Source: the human T2T-CHM13v2.0 reference genome, Homo sapiens. Taken from it: a stretch of 64,000 nucleotides of DNA. This document shows, one piece after another, positions 56,376 to 64,000 of this stretch. Within the stretch, counting starts at the first letter, position 1. The number at the start of each line of letters is the position of its first letter. The position numbers and the translations under genes were made by a program. The notes beneath the pieces are model-generated. The model did not search any database. It saw only the letters and a list, made by a program, of their open reading frames with translations, and had not been told where the DNA came from. The stretch lies in the NCBI RefSeq assembly GCF_009914755.1, contig NC_060926.1. One strand, 5' to 3'.

Positions 56376-58604
56376 ATCCTTTCTTTTATTCATTGATTCT
56401 GTTATACTTCACGTGGTTCCTTAAGCAATGCTTCATTCTGTTGTTCCATTCTTTACTAATTAAAACTTCTTAAAGGCTGTGTATCATTTACTGTCCATAG
56501 TCTCTGGGAAAGCCACAGAGATGAGTAAGATCCCAGTCCTACTTTGCAGAAGTTGATAAGCAAAGGGCCAGGGGAGATGGACATGTCAGTGGCCAGTAAT
56601 TAGAGAATTTGAGGAAGCCCAGGGAGGTGTGAGTGCGGTGGAGTGGGCTGGGAACCCAGAGGAAGTAGCAGCGAGCCACCTGTCGGGGTGCAGCGGCTTC
56701 ATCAAGGAGGAGCTCAGTCACCCAGGAGCAGGAAATGGCTGAGCGAGAAAGCAAGAAGAGAGCACATGTGGCAGGTGCAGAGGGGCCCAAGGTGGGCAAC
56801 AAGGCTTGTGTAGCTGCTTCTGCAGTGCACAGTTTACTGTAGGGGTGGGAGTGGCAGGAGACAAGGCTGGAAAAGCCCACCTGGGCCAGGTGGGAAAACC
56901 TGCTGTGAGAGCTAAGGGGCTCAGATGTTTTTGATGGCTAAGAAGGAAGTTAACAGGATTCTTCTCTCTCCCATGCCGGTGACTCATCTACTTTAACGAA
57001 CAGACAGTTCAATTATTGCACCCTAATGCTTTTTCCTCACCAGAATGAGGAAGCCGGGATAGTATAGTTGTGTGAATTCCAAACTGTCCTGAGGTGCCCC
57101 GGAGTGCCACAGCAAAGTCACAAGGCTGGCATGGGATATTTTAAAACTTTGAGGAAACACAGAGAGACATCTGTCAGGCACCACTTAACCATCACTACTA
57201 AGTTGTTGGGACCTAACTACTCAGTAAATGGAGCTTTTATGAGTTCTTTTAGGAGATCCTGAAAAAATTACGGAATCACAAAAACACAGTAAAGTGGGAG
57301 TGTTTGAATTTGGGAACTTCTGGTGAAGTTGTTAGGAGTATTGGTTTCAAATCTTGTTCCTGCCTCCTGTCCCTTGAGCGAGAGAGTTACTTTCTTGAAC
57401 TTTCTTGACCTGTTTCCTCTGTGAAGTGGAGATGGCACTACTCCCTTACTTGGTTGAGTTATTGAGAGGAACAACTGAATTCATAGGAGTAAAGGAATTT
57501 AAATGGAGCTTGGCACAGCATAAATACTAATATTAGCATTATTAAGTAATGCCACAGTACCTGGGCTGTTGCAAGTTCATTATCTTGTGAAGGCAGCAAA
57601 TGCATGACATACGTACCCCTGTTCTTGGAAGGAGGACCAGCAGAGTAGTTGAGGAGGCTCAGAATGGTAAGTAGGACTTTATATTCTGCATGAAATTACA
57701 GTGTAATAGTGTTGCATAGCTGTATGCTCTTCGATGGAAAACTAGTTCTTCGCCAGCCTCTCATTTCAGGAGACTGCATTTCCAAATGCAGCTCTAGTTT
57801 CAGAGTAGTGTCCTTGGGCACATTCACTCCGTTTTTCTTTCCCATGTATCCCCCACCCCGACCAAATGAAATGACCTGTCTCTGCCATAAATGGCTCAGA
57901 TAAAAGGCACACAAGATGGTGTCTCTGCCTTGTTTCCTGCACTAATGGAAAGGAGCAGGATGGCCCAATAATAGTTGTTGGGGTTGGTGGGGGGATGTCT
58001 CCCGCCAGTGCCAGGAAATCTGCTCCACACACCAGGAAGGCTTCAGTCTGTAATTAAGAGCTGATTTGTGATGGCTTAGCCAGCCCATTGTGCCCCATCT
58101 ACATTTGGTCTCCTCTCTGTTTTCCTTAAGAGGGCCTCAGATTACACTGGGTTAGATTTTCTGTCCTTAGTGCGTATGTGTATGTGTATGCACGCTGCTG
58201 CTGTTTTTTGCTTTCTGTAGCAGGGATCAGCCTTCTCCCCTCCTCACCCTCCTCTTTCCTTTGCTCTAGTCTGTGTGCTCGCTCTTGTCCAGGGAACTTA
58301 CTTTTTTATCTTCACGTATGTTACTGACTCCTCACTCTGACTTATAGCAGGCAGTTAGCTGTGGCCTCATTGCTCATTCTGATGGTGTTCTTTTTGGATT
58401 CTGCCAAATCTCTTTCGCATTTGTTTTTCACCTCAGTACTCCACGCTGTCAGCAGTTCAGCAAGCCCTTTCCAAGCTAATTTTTCCCCATTTACTTTTTA
58501 ATTAGTTTTCTTCTCCTGCTTCTCCACCCCCTTGTCCTGCAGTTTTTTGTGGATAACAGTTGAGAGCCCCACTCTTTCTTATGTGATTTTTAAGAAAATG
58601 TGGG

Positions 58605-59414
58605 TGTTGACAAAAAGAGTCAAACTCTGTAAAATATTTGAAGAGATTTATTCCGAGCCAAGTATGAGTGACCATGGCCCGTGACACAGCCCTCAGGAGG
58701 TCCTGAGAACATGTGCCGAAGGTGGTTGGGGTACAGCTTGGTTTTATGTATTTTAGGAAGGCAGGAGACATCAATCAAATACATTTAAGGAATGCATTGG
58801 TTTGGTTTAGAAAGGCAGGACAACTCAGAGTGGGGACTTCCAGGCTATAGGTAAATTTAAACATTTTCTGGTTGACAATTGGTTGAGTTTATCTAAAGAC
58901 CTGGGATTAATGGAAAGAAATATTCAGGTTAAGGTAAAGGATTGTGGAGACCAAGTTTTCTTGTGCCGAAGAATCTTTCAGCAGACTTCAGAGAGAGAGA
59001 GAGAAAGAGAGAGCAGGTTGTAAAATGTTGCTTATCTGACCTAAAAGGATGCCTGGCTCTTAGTTGATTATCTCCTGGGAAAGAAGGAAGGAAGGAAAAC
59101 AAAGCGGAAAGGGGATTCTCTATAGAATGTGGATTTTTCCCACAAGAGACTTTGCAGGACGATTTCAAGGTATGGCAAGGAAATATATTTTGGGGTAAAA
59201 CTTTTTTATTTTCTTGCTTGTTATGCCAGAGTCAGAGTGGAAAGTTAAGTCACTATATACAGCATCAAATAAAACCCATCTGGTGAGAATCTAGGCCCAG
59301 GGACAAACGCAGAAAAGGTGGGCACGTAAGATTGTAAGGTCCGGTTTGAGGAATAAAATTAGGACCTTTCAGATAGGAATTTGGGCAAGATAAAAAATCA
59401 GAGCTTAGTCCTCA
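58605..59414 (-). mobile_element. MER4-group LTR (MER4D/E-like), 3' LTR of a provirus
   Basis: The minus strand starts TGAGGACTAAGCTCTGATTTTT and ends ...TTTGACTCTTTTTGTCAACA. It is preceded on the minus strand by the polypurine tract AAGAGTGGGGGAC. Confidence 0.85.
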
Positions 59415-61635
59415 GTCCCCCACTCTTAGCCAAAAATCATTCCACAGAAGGCCAACAGCAGCAGGTCCCATGGCTCTAGGAACGCTCATTCCTGGAGTTG
59501 TCTGATCTGGTCATTTGTCCAGGTCCCACGGTGCTAGAAAGGCTTGTTCCTCTGATTTGATGGTAATAGTTTTAAATATTAGCGATTTGGATAATGGGGA
59601 GAGGACATGCTCTGACCTGAGGTAGTAGCCAATTCTTTAAGAGGTGAGATGGAGTCAGGCCTAGGGTTTAGTCTAAAACAATCCTGGATCAGATCTATTT
59701 TCTGAGCTATCATGATCTGGGTCTTTAATTGTGCCTTTCCTTCTGCTGTATCTGGCATAACATTTACAAGGAATGTCTAATGTTAATATAGTAACAAATA
59801 TCATAAAGATAGTGAAGATGTGGGCGTCCAGGGCTATAGGTAGAATCTGAGGGCAGTAAACAACCCAATCAGCCAGAAAAAAAAACCCCTGCGTGCATCA
59901 TTATATTCTTTGATTAGACTTACAATGTGTTTACCCTCCTTCTTAAGGGTTATTTGAATTCTATGATATATCTTACTTGAAAATTGTGGGACCAACATTT
60001 AATTAGAATTTAATAAATTTAATTTCTTTTCCAGCCAATTTATCTCCATAGGTATAGTATCCTGAGGAGGGTATAAATTAAATGCAAAAAGTGCCTGGTC
60101 CTTGGTGTTTAAATTGTTATAGACTTGTTAACAGTAGACAAATCTATTTTTCCCATCACTTTTGTATTGCACCATATACTAGTATTTGGGAGAGAAAAGC
60201 TTTTGTCACAGGAGAAGTCATATAATTCTGCAGTGTTATTTTTTCCTCCGCAGGACTCCCTATGGCTGAGGGCTTTAAGAGTCAAAAGACTTAGAGCCAA
60301 TTAATTGTTCTAGGCCATATAGGAATGGATGTGGACAGGCATGCATTACTTCTTAAAATTATTAAGTAAAAACTGACAATAAAACCAAAAGGCAAAGTTA
60401 AAAGACTGACTTATTTTTAACTTTTTTGTGTTAAGCTACTGTAAGCTTGGTTTCTGTTAGACTTATAGCAATTAGCTATACAAAACATAAACATTGTTCT
60501 GAAAAATAATTAAAAATATGTATATTATATATCTATATCTATATTTATCTTCACAACTTATAATTGGGAGTATTATAACCAAGAGGCTTTGTTACAAAGT
60601 ATTTTATCCTGTTAGTAAATATTTTCCCTTAATTTTATAGTAAGCAGAAAATTTTTATGGCTGGGGTGGATGCAAAAGTGACACATCATAGTTTAGAAGG
60701 CAACTGAACTTGTTTTACCAGCTGTTTAGGCATTTTTTGTACCCCCTTCTTGATTTGGAGGGTTTGATCTTGTCCTAATTTTATTCCTCAAACCGGACCT
60801 TACAATCTTACGTACCCACCTTTTCTGCATTTGTCCCTGGGCGTAGAGCAGGGTAGCTCCTATAGTTTTAGCAACAGAGCATTAGCAGTGAAACAGATCC
60901 AGGGCCAGTGGGATGCCAAATGAGGGAGATCCTTATCTCTAGTCTTCAGAATACCATGATTTTTGTTTTCTTGGAAGTAAAACATTTATATTTTGACAGT
61001 TATAAGAGTAATTTGTATGTTAGAACCGAAAAAGGAACCTCTTCCATTAGGGCACCAACTAAAAATGTGAAGAAAAATTATAATCTGCTACTTTCTAGAG
61101 GATTATTGTAGCCAAGAAATAATGCTTTAATCTGCACTCAAAAAATTAGGGCTGAAATCTAGTATTAAGTGTTACGTTTTACCCTCGAAACAGTTTTTAA
61201 GCTACCTTTTTTTATTAAAGAGAATATTATAGCAAGGCCAATTTATGTGCAAGGTTAGTTTTAGCCTTATTATGCTTGCCTGATGAATACTTATATAAAA
61301 TGCAGCAAGAAATTTTTTGACTGGCCATATAGACTCCTTTTAAAGTTGGTTTTGCTGAAGCTTTACCTAAAAATAGGCTATTTTAGTTTCAGTCTTGGTA
61401 AAATAACCAGTGTCTCCAATTGTTTAAAAAACTGTTATTGAACTTATACAGACAACTATATTGTCATAAAATTACAATCTGAATTTTGGAGAACTCAGGT
61501 AAATTTGCTTACAAAAACATACTTTACCCAAATAACTTAAAAGAAAAAGATTTTCTTGACTCTTCTTTAACCAGAGCAGCAGCTTTTAAAACAAGATGTT
61601 TGTTTAACTTGGAAATGCCATTTACAAACTGAACA
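59415..61635 (-). mobile_element. MER4-group ERV1 internal sequence (non-coding, 5' part and 5' LTR absent)
   Basis: Contiguous with the PPT and LTR. AT-rich MER4-int-like motifs (GGCTGAGGGCTTTAAGAGTCAAAAGACTTA, TAGGGCTGAAATCTAGTAT, CTTTAACCAGAGCAGCAGC). No gag/pol/env ORF. Confidence 0.72.
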
Positions 61636-62277
61636 TGGGTTTGAGCAATGCTCGTCATGGCATTTATTTATTGTTCCCAAGGTTGTGGGTTTGTCTTGAC
61701 ATTTGGGGTTTTATTCATCTGTCATCTTGCTTAGTGATAGATACAATATGGGTCCTATTAGCAGGCGTTTCATGATCTGTGGGAAGTTTCCAGAGCGGTA
61801 CTTGGTATCTTCCATAAGTATTAGTCAGAAAGGATTTGTGTAAAGTGCTATGAATGAGTGATAACCTGTGTCTTTAAAGTATGTCTTCTGGAAGACAGGG
61901 AGGCAGCTTCCTTTTATAAATGAGATTGGGATATAGTCAATGAAACACCTAAAATGTTAAACCTTTAGTATCCGTGAATTTTGAGGGAGAAGAGTGTTTA
62001 TAGCTTTTACTTAAACACTGTGGCCCCCAAATATTAGGATCTCCGGCCTGGGTTATTTAGAAAGCCCTTGAGAGATTTGAAATGATAATGAGTGATCTGA
62101 AAGAAAAGGATAGGAACACACACCTGTTTCTTTTAAGAATAAAGCCTAGGCACTTGGAGTTACACCAGTCTAGGTCTCCAAAACTATGACATCCAAAAAA
62201 AGCTATGGTAGAGAGTTTTCTGCCTGTACCAATTCTTACCTCTTAGGGTTGATTGCTAATAGACCGTTAGACGCTTA

Positions 62278-62631
<354 letters not shown>

Positions 62632-62781
62632 TGCGGTGGAAATCGGGGGGGAATTTCCAATCTCAAGGCACCGCATCAGGCTCTGTCCTCTGTGACAAGA
62701 GCTCTGCTAACTCAAGGAATGTGGTGTCCACTGCAAGGAACAAAGGTGGTTATGGGTTCCCACTGGTGCTCCTAGATCCTT

Positions 62782-62925
62782 TGTTCTCAAGGGTGGGCCA
62801 AAAACTGGCAGTTTCAGCAACACCTGGGAGCTTGTTAGAAATGCAGTCTCCTTAGGCCTGCTGATTCAGAATCTGGATGACCAGATCCTCACACGAGTCA
62901 CACAAGAGTGATGTTCAAGGAGCAG
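62782..62925. mobile_element. MER5-family fragment
   Basis: TTCTCAAG..CAGCAACACCTGGGAGCTTGTTAGAAATGCAG..AGGCCTGCTGATTCAGAATCTG. Confidence 0.6.
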
Positions 62926-64000
62926 TTATAGGCTCAGCCTGTTTCATGGGCAGCAGTGGTGGCCACATCTTAGAGGGATTGTGTTGTGGGCATGGTCTTG
63001 CCGTGTTTTAGTTTAAGTTCTGATTTTCTATCATTTTTTTGATAAATTCTAATACAAAGTGATCTAGTTATATATCCATATGTCAGTATGTGATTTGGTT
63101 TTTTACCTTTCTGTGGGTATTCACGTTCAAGTGTATAGATCAGGAAAAGAATTCTTTATTATCTTCCATGAGGTCTCAGGATGGGAAGATAACAGTGCCT
63201 GTTGTATACAGTCATTATAGGACATGCTGGAGATAGAAGCAGTAAGACACTGCTTCTACATTTGATAAGTCTGGTCCAGGGAGATAAATATGTAAAGGGA
63301 AAACTTTATCTCAATAAACTACATCTCGTGATAGCATAAGGGACCAGAGAGAATAGCCTGTAGTTCTTTATCCCACTGCTGGGGTGTCACTAACAGTGTA
63401 CTAGGATAGATGGACAACTTTATATGATAAAGACAGTTTTAGAGCTTTACGAGACTTTTGACCTCTTCTGGGAGCTGTCCTGATTCCTCTTCAAACCGAA
63501 TGATAGCACCTTTTGTGTGTTAAGTAGCCTAAACAGTCATTTGTTTAGTTACCACCTGCTGGTGTGTAGCCTTAGGAGAAGAGTGTTTACTGTTGAGTGG
63601 TTGTTCTGCTCTGCCCCTTGGCTAAGGATTCCTGCTTTCCATTAAATGGAATGACTACCCTCTCTTTTTGTCTTTGAACTCAAATGGAAGTCATGTTATC
63701 TTTACATCTTTAAAGCTTTTCCTTCCAAATTGCCTAGTTGATGCATGGTCACTAATCCTTGTAGTAGAATTAACCCTAATTGAAGATTTAGCAGGTGGAT
63801 TTTGGCTCTCATAATGCAAGATGTCTTAAGAATTTTGCAGAAGAGAGATGCAATAACCATATAACATATCTCCTTTTTGTCCATAAGTATGGAACAAAGA
63901 CTATGTGGGAAACCAGAGTGTTTGCAATCAGCCTATTGCCTTTTCTTAAAAACTAGAAGTTCTTTTTCTATATTTCTCTCTGCTTGCTTTTACTGTATTC

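Noticed and set aside
59415-61635. Possible ERV coding remnants
   Set aside because: No ORF with gag, pol or env motifs; the sequence is AT-rich and stop-rich.

Overview
Human genomic DNA: Alu, L1HS, MER and MLT repeats are recognisable. The window is almost certainly non-coding, most likely a long intron. I found no host-gene exon, tRNA, rRNA or CRISPR array, and I cannot name the locus from sequence alone. The only real coding sequence is the C-terminal 1010 aa of LINE-1 ORF2, in a 5'-truncated, human-specific pre-Ta L1HS with a 17-bp TSD. About half of the window is interspersed repeats. The most unusual structures are: (1) a complex templated rearrangement at 51.6-52.25 kb, made of a 185-bp inverted repeat (184/185 identical) enclosing a perfect 99-bp inverted copy of sequence ~1.1 kb upstream, joined by 2-bp microhomologies; (2) a CpG-rich 16-unit minisatellite that grew inside an old MST LTR; (3) two further inverted templated insertions, a perfect 26-bp hairpin at 22.2 kb and a 76-bp inverted insert inside a MER4 LTR; (4) a twin-primed inverted L1PB; (5) a one-LTR MER4 provirus that nevertheless appears to have a TSD; (6) a MER41B LTR with a retained GAS site. 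Repeat subfamily names come from recalled consensus sequences and need RepeatMasker/Dfam confirmation. I see no evidence for a new protein-coding system.
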